Below, in pieces: positions 26,625 to 40,553 of a stretch of 64,000 nucleotides of DNA (positions within the stretch are counted from its first letter, which is position 1; each line of letters opens with the position of its first letter). The stretch is from Octopus vulgaris (lineage: Eukaryota), in the NCBI GenBank assembly GCA_951406725.2, contig OX597835.1, positions 5,332,001-5,396,000 on the forward strand. Direction: 5' to 3'. The position numbers were made by a program, and so were the translations under genes. The notes under the pieces are model-generated. The model was not told where the DNA came from, made no database searches, and saw only the letters and a list, made by a program, of their open reading frames with translations.

Positions 26625-27066
26625 GGCGATCTTTCGTCTCTAGTAGACCTTTCCGTCGATTTCCGTAAAAATTTTTTTGTTTTTTTTACATATGGGCTTG
26701 CGGGAACTTTTGAAGTAATATACATACATATACACATACACCGAGTAAACAATTTCAGTTATCTCTTTCTTTCACACATTACTCTGTCTCTTCACACACA
26801 CTAATAGAAGCACTTCACTTACACAACATACTGTGTCTCCCACACCCCATCAAACACACACACACACACACAGACGCACGCACACACACATGTCCATCAA
26901 TGCTCCCATGCACGGTAACTTCAAAAGAACTTCCCTCGTCATACAATCGCTTTCTCTTAGTCTCTTTCGCTCTCATTACTTCAAAAGTTCCCACAAGCCC
27001 ATATGTAAAAAAAAAAAAATTTTTACGGAAATCGACGGAAAGGTCTACTAGAGACGAAAGATTGCC
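26625..27066. mobile_element. Merlin-like MITE, intact
   Basis: same TIRs as the 8294 copy; 8-bp TSD AATATAAA at 26617-26624 and 27067-27074. Confidence 0.88.
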
Positions 27067-27347
27067 AATATAAAATATAAATACAGTTAATGAAGCTGAT
27101 TTGTAATATGGTTATTTTATATTCCTTTATCTATCAATAATCCTCTTGTTGAAGACGGAAGACGATTAGAATCATTTTGCTTATTTGCACCGGTTTTTTT
27201 CCTTATTTAATGAATTAAAATTTCCTCTCGTGTCTTCCATAGCAAAATTTATCTTTAAAGTTTAAGACGTCTCATTCGTTTGTTCTTTTTTTTTCTTTAA
27301 TTTAATTTCAGTTGATATACAATTATTTTGAGGTTTATCATGTATTA

Positions 27348-27492
27348 TTAGTCCACAATTTGTAATGGTGGTGGATCTCCGTCGTTTGGCGATGAGGATT
27401 CAGTTGCTTTTGGTTTGGAACATTTATAATTGTTGTTGTCATCGTTGATGCTGGTTTGCGGAGGAATGAAGGGGCGACGAGGACGAAAGGAT
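27348..27492 (-). CDS. candidate terminal coding exon (SFRPRRPFIPPQTSINDDNNNYKCSKPKATESSSPNDGDPPPLQIVD*)
   Basis: pyrimidine-rich acceptor ...CTTTCCCTCACTTCAG, open frame to TAA, GC-richer unique DNA followed by AT-rich UTR-like sequence. Confidence 0.4.
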
Positions 27493-27914
27493 CTGAAGTG
27501 AGGGAAAGCGACAACAGGTCAAAAAGCAGCGTGTTCCAACAACCTGTCAAGTTGGCAGAAGGAATATGCAAAAAGTCAACGAATTGACTTTTTGCACTCT
27601 CCAACTGTCAATATAACAACTATTTCATATTTCCGAGCACCCAGAAACAGGTGTCGGACTTCAAATACCACGCCTTCTCCTCTTAGTTTTCTGTACATAT
27701 TGTACTACATGTAAGTCCGCTCTGTAAATATATAAATATCTTCATACTTATACATAAATGTTCTTCGGAATAATTTCAGCTTTTGTTTCTCTGTATATAT
27801 AACTTTATATAGATTTACATGTATATATGTATGTATATCTTATGTATAAAGCCCAAGCGTGTATATTTGTTTATTTGCATCATTATTTTCTCTCTCTCTC
27901 CCCTCTTCCCTCTT

Positions 27915-28535
<621 letters not shown>

Positions 28536-28606
28536 ATATTGAATTGGCCTATGTAAGAGAAATGCTTTCTAATAGAAGTGAATGTAAAGCTGCCCTGTTT
28601 CCTCAG

Positions 28607-28657
28607 TTTAATCGAGGAGGATGTGGAGCTGAAGTACAAAGCCAATAATGGCGTGAG
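28607..28657 (+). CDS. candidate internal exon ([15 protein letters not shown][V])
   Basis: CCCTGTTTCCTCAG acceptor; only one open frame; GT donors at 28653 or 28658. Confidence 0.2.
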
Positions 28658-28957
28658 GTGCAGTCACAGGCTGTACTTTATTTTTCAGGTCATTAAAAAA
28701 AAGTACAAGTGAAAAAATAAACAAAAGTGAAACGGCCCGAAATGAAAGCAATAAAACAGGGAAAGACACACACACACAAAAAAAAATCGAAACCTACTGA
28801 AAATGTGGATGGAAGAAACAACAAAGGAATAAAGGAAAGAAAAATAAAAGAAGAAGATCTTTGAGTTTATCGCGAACTGCTTTCCGTTTTTTTGGTGCAT
28901 TTATATATCACTGACTCGTAATTTCAAACGCCAGAAGAGAACCTCACTTTTTAAATA

Positions 28958-29375
28958 CTTATTTCTTTATTACCCACAAGGGGCTAAACACAGAGGGGAC
29001 AAACAAGGACAGACATAGGTATTAAGTCGATTACATCGACCCCAGGGCGTAACTGGTACTTAATTTATCAACCCCGAAAGAATGAAAGGCAAAGTCGACG
29101 TCGTCGGAATTTGAACTCAGAACGTAACGGCAGACGAAATACCTATTTCTTTATTACCCACAAGGGGCTAAACATAGAGGGGACAAACAAGAACAGACAA
29201 AATGATTAAGTCGATTGCATCGACCCCAGTGCGTAACTGGTACTTAATTTATCGACCCCGAAAGGATGAAAGGCAAAGTCGACCTCGGCGGAATTTGAAC
29301 TCACAACGTAACGGCAGACAAAATACCGCAAAGCATTTCGCCCGGCATGCTAACGTTTCTGCCAGCTCGCCGCCT
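28958..29375 (-). mobile_element. SINE B, head plus two bodies
   Basis: matches 18056-18628. Confidence 0.9.
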
Positions 29376-29653
29376 TTAATCACTTTTTAAATACTAGAAA
29401 GGATTGAAAATGGTCGAACTATCACCATATGTCAAAACAGATTAAGTAATCTGATTTGCAAGAAGCCCAGAATATGACCTTCTCTATGACATATTTCTAC
29501 GTTTGTTCTGGTGTTAAATCTAGAAAATGTGACTCTTGTGGTTTCCTATACAAGTGAAAATGTTATCTGTTCATTCTTCATACGTTCTGACGAATAGTTA
29601 CGTGATTGTTTGGATTCTCGCCGCTCTAAGTGCATTCCATGAATTATTAAGAG

Positions 29654-29695
<42 letters not shown>

Positions 29696-29698
<3 letters not shown>

Positions 29699-30008
29699 TT
29701 TGATACTTTGATAGGTTTCGGCCATTATTGGCCCAGGCCATGTCTAACTTAATAGCACCACCTGGTGAAGTCTTTCAAGTCAGAATTTGGGCACTATGGC
29801 CCACTCAAGTAGAGAGTTATTGTTTACAGAGACATATCCGGGTGTAGGGGTGTTTATCCGGGATTTCTTGAAGGAATCTGTCCAAAGACTTCTTGAACCC
29901 TATAGGGTCTGTTTCTGTTTTAATGTGTTTTGGTGTAATGTTGAAGAGAGCGGGGCCAATTGAGGTGAAATAATTGTGCCGTATTGTTGTTATGAGATGA
30001 GAGTGCGA
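29696..30008 (-). pseudogene. CR1-type LINE 3' end
   Basis: IRHNYFTSIGPALFNITPKHIK...FKKSLDRFLQEIPDK, typical of CR1 ORF2 C-termini; short (ATCAAAGT)n tail; inserted in (TA)n. Confidence 0.8.
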
Positions 30009-30033
30009 TTATATATATATATATATATATATA

Positions 30034-30263
<230 letters not shown>

Positions 30264-30550
30264 AATATACCAATAAATTTAAGGGTAGCAAAAAATTCTA
30301 GAAAAATTCTCCGCAACCAGCTTGGCTTCTCTGCTGATGAGGCACGCCAGATGTAAATGATATTTAATTTAATTTATTTGTTTACAAAGTTTGCAAAAAC
30401 TATGCATAGTCCAGAGAAGGAAATGGTAAACGTTTTTATTTCTTTCCATTTCAGAATTACAACTATTAGTGGTTTGGAGTTTGGCTGCTCTTTCTAGTGA
30501 GTTGAATGACCTATTATGGCCATTCCTTATATATTTGAATATATATATAT

Positions 30551-30601
<51 letters not shown>

Positions 30602-30602
30602 G

Positions 30603-30835
30603 TAAATCCCTTTGTCTCTCTGTCTGTCCCCAATGCAATTCTCAAACCGTTCAACAAATCAAGTCAAATTTTACATGGAAGTACTATGAGACCCCCATAA
30701 GTGCCAACATGTAATTTTTGGGGATTAAAACAAGGCAACATTGGCACTGGTTTCATATTACGTTTCGTCTCAGAACTCGAAGAATGGAAATGAAACCTTC
30801 GACGGAGTAACTCATGGTTTCACTTTTATTCTTTC
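30603..30835 (+). mobile_element. old dispersed repeat, Helitron/Helentron-like
   Basis: inverted homologue at about 46345-46478; TCTGTCTGTC-rich 5' end. Confidence 0.45.
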
Positions 30836-30923
30836 ACTTTTAAGTTTCCCTATGTATATATATGTGTATGAATCCATATATGTGTATATATATATATGTA
30901 TATATATATATGTATATGTATGC

Positions 30924-30958
<35 letters not shown>

Positions 30959-30961
30959 TAT

Positions 30962-31008
<47 letters not shown>

Positions 31009-31181
31009 TATATGCCGTAACATATATTTGTGAGATAAGTGTCGCGTTCTATACAGGAGAGTGCCACTGATGTTTATAACCCCAGGAAGAAATCTCTTCC
31101 AGCTGTCGAATGACACACATCCTGTGTCTGATTAGTATTTGCGAGGGGAGATCATCGCTCCCATCTCTAGTCTTACGTGAT

Positions 31182-31228
31182 ACACACGGACTCGAGTTTC
31201 TGAGTGGTTACCTGTCCTCAGCGTGTGT
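31182..31228 (-). ncRNA. minimal type-I hammerhead motif, family 2
   Basis: ACACACG CTGAGGA [weak stem II] GAA ACTCGAGT C CGTGTGT: 7-bp stem I, palindromic stem III, GUC site. Confidence 0.6.
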
Positions 31229-31269
31229 TAACCACCAGCTAGTGATGGAAACTCATTCCACTCTCAAAT

Positions 31270-31561
31270 CTATTATCTAAAATCCGTTCTGTCTGTCTGT
31301 GTCTGTGTCTTCTAGGATCTCGAGCATCCTCCATCCGATTGCGCTCAAATTAGGTATGTAGATGCCGACGGTATCAGGGCGTGTATAAGTCTTCAAAAAA
31401 TCGATTCCAGATGAGAATGCTTTCGATTCGTCGCTTCGTTCCATTTCTTATCCTCCCGGTATTGTTTTATATATAATTATGACGCGAAATTCTCTCCCTT
31501 TGCTTTACCTTCCCCACTCTCTCTCTCCCTCTTCCTCATCTCTCTCTCAGCCGCGTGTCTT

Positions 31562-31623
<62 letters not shown>

Positions 31624-31700
31624 GGCGTGTATAAGTCTTCAAAAAATTACAAAAATCGATTCCAGGTGAGAATGCGATCGGTAAAGTGAATAAAATCTTT
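31270..31700 (+). mobile_element. Helitron/Helentron-like non-autonomous fragment with internal duplication
   Basis: A|TCTATTATCTAAAA...(TCTG)n start; TCAGGGCGTGTATAAGTCTTCAAAAAA at about 31374 and 31620. Confidence 0.45.
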
Positions 31701-32083
31701 ATTTCTTCTTTTGTTGGTGTCCTAAAATTTAGGTTAAATCAGTGTTTCTCAAAGGAGACGCCTATGGGACGGTCGGACAAGTTGTTTTGAGAAAATTTGG
31801 TTTAAATGTTTGACAACTCAGCACCGTCCATTGGACGAGGAGCGTTTTGCTCGTCACTGTATATTTTTCTAGCGACTCACTGCCGTTGATCTTATAGAAG
31901 AGAGAGGATGTCATATGAAATCTCTGAGCGAGATATAAGCAGTAGCAGTGCGGAACCGTAACATATATTTGCCAACTAAGTGTGGCGTCCTATACAGGAC
32001 AGTGTTACTGATGTTTATAGCCCCAGGAAGACATCTGCTCCAGTTGGCTAACGACACACATTGTGTGTCCGATATATGTGTAT

Positions 32084-32315
32084 ACTCTTTTACTCTCTTT
32101 TACTCTTTTACTTGTTTCAGTCATTTGACTGCTGCCATGCTGGAGCACCGCCTTTAATCGAGCAACTCGACCCCGGGACTTATTCTTTTGTAAGCCCAGT
32201 ACTTATTCTATCGGTCTCTTTTGCCGAACCGCTAAGTAACGGGGACATAAACACACCAGCATCGGTTGTCAAGCAATGCTAGGGGGACAAACACACTCAT
32301 ACAAACACACACACG

Positions 32316-32349
<34 letters not shown>

Positions 32350-32515
32350 TACGACGGGCTTCTTTCAGTTTCCGTCTACCAAATCCACTCACAAGGCTTT
32401 GGTCGGCCCGAGGCTATAGTAGAAGACACTTGCCCAAAGTGCCACGCAGTGGGACTGAACCCGGAACCATGTGGTTGGTAAACATGGTACTTAGCACACA
32501 ACCACTCATGCGCCT
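32084..32515 (-). mobile_element. SINE A, full length
   Basis: reverse complement of 636-1054. Confidence 0.9.
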
Positions 32516-33130
32516 ATACATAGGTAAATATGTGTATATGTAAATATATATGTATATTCGTCGACGTTCGTAATAAAGAGAAAATACAATCATTAAACAT
32601 ATATGTTCGTCTCTTAACGAACATCGTGTTGTTGTTGTGGTGGTGGTAGTTGTTGTTGTTGTTGATGATGATGATGCTGTTTAGTTCCACATCAGCCTTG
32701 GTTCTGTAGATCTCTCTCCAAAGACATTCGAGATGCGTTCATCCTTTTTGTTGTATACCTGGAACTGCGTCATCCGATGTGTTTTACGATGTTTTTATTT
32801 TTATAGACGGCAGAGTAGAGAAGACTATTGGCTTCTATTTATTGCCCGTCGATCCAATGCGAAGAGGCTTTCTCGATGGCTCTAACATGGTATGCTTCGA
32901 GAAGTTGAAATATTTTGCATCGAAATAATCAAACAATCTCTAACACGTCTCTATTCTACATGATGTGAGTTATATATATATATATATATATATCCGAAAG
33001 TAAAGTGCTTTCTGGTGATTTAATTGATACCGGAACAGTATTTGTCTTGCAAGTGATTGGACCTGCAACCGTGTATTGAAACTGGCAACAATGACTTTGT
33101 GAAAGAGGCATTTTAGTTGTTTACACATTT

Positions 33131-33185
<55 letters not shown>

Positions 33186-33430
33186 GCAACTACAACAACT
33201 ACTGTTAAATTGACTTTTCACTTATTTTTTGAAATGTCGAAGTTTCTGCCTCATGTATGTGACGTGGTCACTGACATACTTCTATCGCGAATGAGAAACT
33301 CTGTCAGTGACCTGACCACAGTTTTGCGTCGAAATTTCGACACCCTCAACAAATAAATAAAAAAGAAGTGAATTGAACAGGTTTTTGCGTTTTTCTTTTT
33401 CGTGTCTAAAATGGTTCTTACTCAATGTAA

Positions 33431-33828
33431 TCTTTATATATAAAAGTGAAGTTGTGTGTCTGTCTCCTACGATTTAGATTCCTAACTACTCCCACATTTT
33501 GCGGTGCAGTTTAACCAAAACCGGGTATCTTATAGTCGTCATTCATATCGAGCCCTTCTGGGTATTAGCGCGCGTCTACGATGAGTCTACGATTAAAAAA
33601 AAATTACCATCATTTTTTCCCACTTTAATGCATTTTTTTCGCTATTATATAAGGGAAGTAACTCTCTAAAAATGTCTACGATGAGTCAACGATTTAAAAA
33701 AAAATTTACCATCATTTTTTTTTTCATTTTTAATGCATTTTTTTGCTATTTTTTGGCTATAACTCTCTAAAAATGCTTATATAGTTATTTCCCTTACAAA
33801 CCCGAGCAACGCCGGGCAATGCGGCAAG
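33431..33828 (+). mobile_element. non-autonomous Helitron with divergent 3' terminus (CAAG|T)
   Basis: A|TC start, hairpin at 33801-33816. Confidence 0.88.
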
Positions 33829-34154
33829 TAACTTATGAATATTTTAAGCTGAAGTAATTTAAGAAAAAAGAAAAAATTTATAACTTAACTGGAATTGATG
33901 AAAATATGGTTTGAATTAACATCAAAGACTGTTTTATTTAAAAGACATTTACCATAAATTGCAATTCGTTTACTATAACAAGGAAGATCGTGGCATTGGT
34001 GGGATGTATATGGCGATGAATTTAGATAAATGCCGTGGAGAGGAGAGAAATCTAGCAATTCAGAAACGTGACTTCGAATATCTCTGTCTGTCACTCTCTT
34101 TCCATCTCTTTCTCTATCTATCTCTCTTTTTCTTTCTTACTTTATTTCTTCCAG

Positions 34155-34222
34155 AGAATATGACGGTTTCGTCATCCTGGAGACGTGGGAACAGATCTAT
34201 TTTCTTTGTAACCAACGGACTG
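34155..34222 (+). CDS. candidate internal exon (EYDGFVILETWEQIYFLCNQRT)
   Basis: approx. 70-nt polypyrimidine tract plus TTCCAG acceptor, G|GTATGA donor, protein-like open frame. Confidence 0.35.
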
Positions 34223-34412
34223 GTATGAATTTATAGAAAAAACGTTGATAGAAATACAAGAACTGTTGTCTGAAAAGACAGTTGATGGAAGTAGTTGTTC
34301 GAACTATAAAATTAGTTGATCGAAAACCTGTTGTTGGAAATACTCCCGAGAGTTCGGTTAAAAGAAAAAAAAATACACAGTCACGTGTTGTTGAAATAGT
34401 TTTATTATTAAA

Positions 34413-34858
34413 ACTTCCCTTATAGACGCCAATTCGGGCTTTCTTAGCCATTTCTGTTTTGGTGTCTTCAAGCCATGAAGTCGTTGTTCTAAAAGAACGC
34501 TGGTCTCCTTGACAACGCTTTACGACGTTGATTTCCTTACACTCCCTTCCCCACAGCTTCACGAGGGAGGGAAGAAGGGGGAGAAGCAACACAGGGGCAG
34601 GTGTGACCATGGACGCCAACTCCGCCGCCATCGACACACGAAAAATTATGCATTAAAATGGAATAAAAAATGATGTTAAATTATTTTTAAAATCGTAGAC
34701 TCATCGTAGACGCGCGCTAATACTCAGACGGGCTCGATATGAATCACGACTATAAGATACCTGAATTTGGTTAAACTGCACCGCAAAATGTGGGAGTAGT
34801 TAGGAATCTAAATCGTAGGAGACAGACACTCACACAACTACAGTTTTATATATAAAGA
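34413..34858 (-). mobile_element. non-autonomous Helitron, extra-segment variant, 3'-truncated
   Basis: reverse complement of 16480-16925. Confidence 0.88.
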
Positions 34859-34901
34859 TATCATTAAGGTGGCGAGCTGGCAGAATTGTTATTGCACCTC
34901 C

Positions 34902-35209
34902 CTTTTACTCTTTTACTTGTTTCAGTCATTTGACTGCGGCCATACTGTAGCACCAACTTTAGTCGAGCAAATCGACCCTAGGACTTATTCTTTGTAAGCC
35001 TAGTACTTATTATATCAATTCTCTTTTGCCGAACCGCTAAGTTACGGGTACGTAAACATACCAGCATCGGTTGTCAAGCAATGTTGGGTTGGGGTTCAAA
35101 CACAGAGACACAAACACACACACACACACACATACATACATATATACGACGGGCTTCTTTCAGTTTCTGTCTACCAAATCCACTCACAAGGTTTTGGTCG
35201 GCCCGAGGC

Positions 35210-35210
<1 letters not shown>
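34902..35210 (-). mobile_element. SINE A, 5'-truncated
   Basis: family match. Confidence 0.85.
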
Positions 35211-35245
<35 letters not shown>

Positions 35246-35601
35246 TTATATGTGTGTGGGTGTAATATCACACCGTGCGAATTGCTCACACACACACAAA
35301 AACTACATCCAGTTTGTAAATTATAAGAATTTTATTTTAATAAAATGCCATAATACAACCTAATTGGTCAGTAAAATGGAGGTCGGGGTTTGGTGAGTTT
35401 TAATCAGTTCTCTGGCAAGCACCAGAGTATGTGTGAATGTGTGGGAGTGCAGTTAGGAGAAGTGGATAGATTTAAAGCGAGATTTATATTAATATTGTGA
35501 AACCAGAAATTTAAAGTTCCCTGTTTTAAGGAAATGCTCAGCAACTGAAGAGGGCAGCACTAGTTCTGTATAAGGAGAACTGAAAATGGGAATGAATATG
35601 T

Positions 35602-35987
35602 GGAAGCACTCCGTCGGTTACGACGACGAGGGTTCCGGTTGATCCGAATCAACGGAACAGCCTGCTCGTGAAATTAACGTGTAAGTGGCTGAGCACTCCA
35701 CAGACACGTGTAGCCTTAACGTAGTTCTCGGGGATATTCAGCGTGACACAGAGAGTGACAAGGCCGGCCCTTTGAAATACAGGTACAACAGAAACAGGAA
35801 GTAAGAGTGAGAGAAAGTTGTGGTGAAAGAGTACAGCAGGGATCGCCACCATCCCCTGCCGGAGCCTCGTGGAGCTTTAGGTGTTTTCACTCAATAAACA
35901 CTCACGACGCCCGGTCTGGGAATCGAAACCGCGATCCTATGACCGCGAGTCCGCTGCCCTAACCACTGGGCCATTGCGTCTCCACAG
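35602..35987 (-). mobile_element. tRNA-derived SINE, family D, full length
   Basis: head TGGCCCAGTGGTTAGGGCAGCGGAC...GGTTTCGATTCCC (A and B boxes); related pieces at 17601 and 44457. Confidence 0.85.
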
Positions 35988-36104
35988 GAATGAATATATA
36001 AAACTGAAGATAAAAAAAAATTATAAGCAAATTCAGAAATATGATAGTCAATAGCAAGGCAGTAAGAGGGAAGAATCACCAAAATGTCTAAAGAAACGGT
36101 TTGC

Positions 36105-36560
36105 AGTATTCTGAGTTCAAACCCTACTGAAGTCAACTTTGCATTTTATCCTTCCTGGATCGATTAAATAAAGTACCAATCAAGAACTGAGGTCGATAGT
36201 ATCGACTCAGCCACCCCTTTCAAATTGTTGGCCTTGTGCCTTAATCAGAAGCGATTATTATCCGGTTCTTTACATTCTGAGTTCAAATCACGCGAATGTC
36301 AACTTTGTCTTTCATAGTTTTGTGGTCCATTAAATAAAGTACCAATGAAGAACTGAGGTCGATAGTATCGACTCAGCCACCCCTTTCAATTTGTTGGCCT
36401 TGTGCCTTAATCAGAAGATATTATTATCCGGTTCTTTACATTCTGAGTTCAAATCACGCGAATGCCAACTTTGTCTTTCATAATTTTGTGGTCCATTAAA
36501 TAAAGTACCAATAAGTTTAACATCGACTATTACCTCCATTTCTAAAAATTGCTGGCCTTG
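36105..36560 (+). repeat. tandem of old SINE-B-like units (about 175 bp x 2.5)
   Basis: TTCTGAGTTCAAA...TAAATAAAGTACCAAT repeated three times. Confidence 0.7.
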
Positions 36561-36833
36561 AACATTAATTAGCAACCATTGTAGTCAATAGCAATCGCAT
36601 TGTAAAAATAAAAAGAAAAAAAGGTTCCCACCACTAATATATATTCAACGATGGCGTCCATTAGAGGAGAAAATCTTGTTCTGTGTTGTAAGCGATACTT
36701 ACGTTCGATAAAACATTTGTAATTATTTTCTAAAACAAAGCAAAGCTTTTTATCTCGTTTTGGGCGTTGCTTTTGCTATGCAACACATATAACAGCCACA
36801 ATATTATCTAGGGTTTAATGGACGCTTTTGGGC

Positions 36834-36835
<2 letters not shown>

Positions 36836-36892
<57 letters not shown>

Positions 36893-36971
36893 GTATATAT
36901 ATATGTACATATATATATATACGCACACATACATATGCACACACATACATGTATATAAATGTATATAAATG

Positions 36972-37003
<32 letters not shown>

Positions 37004-37063
37004 CATATGTATATGTATGTTCATAAATATAAGTATGTATATATATATATGCATATATATATG

Positions 37064-37094
<31 letters not shown>

Positions 37095-37142
37095 GCATAT
37101 ATGTATATATATATATATATACATATATACATATATATACAC

Positions 37143-37187
<45 letters not shown>

Positions 37188-37330
37188 TATATATACATAT
37201 ACATATATATACATATTTATATACATATATATATATACATATATATATATATACATATTTATATACATATATATATATATATGCGCGTATATATATATAT
37301 ATATATATATATATGGTATACATATATAGA
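36836..37330. repeat. (TA)n/(CATA)n field
   Basis: directly visible. Confidence 0.95.
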
Positions 37331-37858
37331 CACATATAACGTATTGGTTATGCAAACGAATACATCAGAAGATTCTGACGTAGGGGTGTAATTGTATTGG
37401 CGTGCAGCCAGGTAATTACATATTACCTAGACAGCAACTAATTACCCACTATTCCCTTTGCCCCCTCCGTCGTAAAAAGGTAGAGTGGGGAAGAAGAGAA
37501 GAAGGAAAATAACCTTGATGTTATGTAATAGCTAAACATGTCTTTATGTAAGATCTAAGGGCCATGTACGAATTCACACTGATAGTTCCGGAAAGGAGCG
37601 CTTTTCTAGATAAACCATTTATTCAGATAATTATGTAATTAACGAATTTATATAATCTAGGTTCACTTACGAAATTTAATTGGCCTCCCGTTTTTGCACA
37701 AGGCCAGTAATTTCGAGGAGGCGATATGTCGATTATATTGAGCCCAGTGCTTAACGGGTCCTTATTTTTATCGACTCCGAAAGGATGAAGGCGAAGTCGA
37801 TCTCGGCAAAGTCGATCTTTTGTTTGCTTACCCAGGATGGATGTATGAGTATGCGCTC

Positions 37859-37909
<51 letters not shown>

Positions 37910-38027
37910 CGTGTGTGCTTATATGTTTATATGTTTTTTCCTGAAGTTATTTCCGTTTCATTCACCCTCGATTTTCCACCGCATGAGCAGAAATAAAAAT
38001 GAATATAAAATACATTAAAAAAACATT

Positions 38028-38422
38028 ACCTATTTCTTTACTACCCACAGAGGGGACAGACAAACGGATTAAGTCGATTATATCGACCCCAGTGCGTAAC
38101 TGGTACTTATTTAATCGACCTCGAAAGGATGAAAGGCAAAGTCGACTTCGGCGGAATTTGAACTCAGAACGTAGCGGCAGACGAAATACCTATTTCTTTA
38201 TTACCCACAAGGGGCTAAACATAGAGGGGACAAACAAGGACAGACATAGGTATTAAGTCGATTATATTGACCCCAGTGCGTAACTGGTACTTAATTTATC
38301 GACCCCGAAAGGATGAAAGGCAAAGTTGACCTCGGCGGAATTTGAACTCACAACGTAACGACAGACGAAATACGGTTACGCATTTCGCCTGGCGCGCTAA
38401 CGTTTCTGCCAGCTCGCCGCCT
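38028..38422 (-). mobile_element. SINE B, head plus two bodies
   Basis: family match. Confidence 0.9.
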
Positions 38423-38675
38423 TTAAAAAAACATAACCGTCCCCCACGACCAAACGGTGGAAGCATCAATGTCCCACCACCGCCACCGCCGCCACTAAAT
38501 TATCTAATTTCCTGTGTTTATTTTACTCAACTACTCTAAATCGCTAAAAATATGAAAATACAAAAACATCGTATCAAAGAATCCATTCCTGTTTTCTTCT
38601 TTACTGATTTAATCTTATGGAAATTAGAACAATCCTTATAATTTCTCCATTCTTACCATTTTTCTTTTAATCCTA

Positions 38676-38899
38676 TACTCTTTACTCTTTTACTTGTTTC
38701 AGTCATTTGGCTGCGGCCATGCTGGAGCACCGCCTTTTGTCGAGCAACTCGACCCCGGGACTTATTCTTTGTAAGCCCAGTACTTATTCTATCGGTCTCT
38801 TTTTGCCGAACCGCTAAATGACGGGGATATAAACACACCAGCATCGGTTGTCAAGCAATGCTAGGGGGACAGACACAGACACACAAACATACACACACA

Positions 38900-38947
<48 letters not shown>

Positions 38948-39121
38948 TACATATATACGACGGGCTTCTTTCAGTTTCCGTCTACCAAATCCACTCACAA
39001 GGCTTTGGTCGGCCCGAGGCTATAGTAGAAGACACTTGCCCAAGGTGTTACACAGTGGGACTGAACCCGGAACCATGTGGTTGGTAGGCAAGCTACTTAC
39101 CACACAGCCACTCCTGCGCCT
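38676..39121 (-). mobile_element. SINE A, full length
   Basis: family match. Confidence 0.92.
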
Positions 39122-39366
39122 ATGTCACTCTAATTTTAATTTTATTTGACTTTTTAACATTCCGAAAATATGGTCAAATCGTTAGGAAAATTTATCCACG
39201 ATGTCGCAGGTTTGAACCAACAAAAGAACTTACGTTGCTTCAATCTCTGTTTGCTTTCATTCATTCATATTGTACAGAGCAACAACTGTAGGAGCAGTTT
39301 GGGGGTATGGAGGCCTGCGCAGTATGAGCGCATCGTCGCTCCCCATATTTGTTGATGATTCCCTAG

Positions 39367-39650
39367 TACATGGCCTAGTGGTTAGAGCAGCGGACTCGCG
39401 ATCGAGGTATCGCGGGTTCGAATCTCAGACCGGGCGATGAGCAAAACACCTAAGTTCCACGCGGCTCCGGCAGAAGGTACTGGCGAACTCCTGCTGACTC
39501 TTTCGCCACAACTTTCTCTCACTCTTTCCTCCTGCATCTTGCAGTTCACCTGCGACGGACCGGCGTCCAGTCCAGGTGGGGAACCTATACGCCAAAGAAC
39601 CCGGGAAACCGGCACTTATGAGCCAAGCGTGGCTCGAGAAGGAACAAACA
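39367..39650 (+). mobile_element. SINE with D-like head and a different 3' half, 9-bp TSD
   Basis: TSD ATTCCCTAG at 39358-39366 and 39651-39659; A and B boxes; (AAAC)-like tail. Confidence 0.85.
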
Positions 39651-40190
39651 ATTCCCTAGCACTCGTGGCAGATGACACCTTTGCACCATTCAGTGGACAT
39701 CCCTCCAAACCATGGGTTTATTTTGGGTGGTCGCTGCTGGCGAGGTTTTTTATGAGGCCAAAGTGCAAGTCCTCTTTCAAGTTCTTTTTAGTCGCCTCTA
39801 ACAACGCGTAGAGGAAACTTTGGGTCTATTCTTTGGTATGCCACTCCCCACACAGCACTAGAACAACATGAAATGAAGTGTTTTGCTCAAGAAGACAACA
39901 CGTCGTCCGGTCCGGGAATGGAACCCACAATCTGGCGGTCCTGAGTGCAACACTTCAAACACTAAACCATGCGCCTTTACAGTTTGAAATGTCAAAAACA
40001 TTCGATGTGCATCGGTCCAAAATCGGATGAAAAAAAAAGCAAAACAACGATAAATCATTAGCTGACACGGTTATTATCTGCTTAACTTCATATACATAAT
40101 TACATACATATATATACATACACACGCACACACACACACACATATATATTATATATACATACATACATACATACATACATACATACATAA

Positions 40191-40236
<46 letters not shown>

Positions 40237-40382
40237 ACGATGGGATTCCACACAGTTTCCATCTACCAAAGTCACTGACAAGGTATTAATCGGCCCGGGG
40301 CTGTTGCAGTAAACATTTGCCCAAGGTGCTGCACAGAGGGACTGAACCTGAAACCATGTGGATATGAAGCGAACTTCTTAAC

Positions 40383-40496
40383 CTTTTTCTTCTTGTTTTC
40401 GAAATCCTGTTTGGACTTGTTACGCTGACGGTTGCTTCGTTTCTTAAACGATTCTGTAGTCTTAAAGGACTCGTCTACAGCTTGCTGTACCTTACA
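40383..40496 (-). CDS. candidate symmetric exon or LINE remnant (CKVQQAVDESFKTTESFKKRSNRQRNKSKQDFENKKKK)
   Basis: TTTGCAG acceptor, 114 nt, only one open frame, weak GTTAAG donor. Confidence 0.2.
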
Positions 40497-40553
40497 CTGC
40501 AAAGTATGCACTGAGTTGAAGGTATTAAAGTATGAACTAAGTTGAAGGTATTA

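Noticed and set aside
30336-30355. CTGATGA GGC AC GCC hammerhead start
   Set aside because: No following GAAA or stem III
32807-32889. Apparent exon GRVEKTIGFYLLPVDPMRRGFLDGSNM with AG/GT ends
   Set aside because: Sequence resembles a decayed reverse copy of the old dispersed repeat family
35915-35987. tRNA gene
   Set aside because: A and B boxes continue into a SINE body and the acceptor stem is incomplete; this is a SINE head
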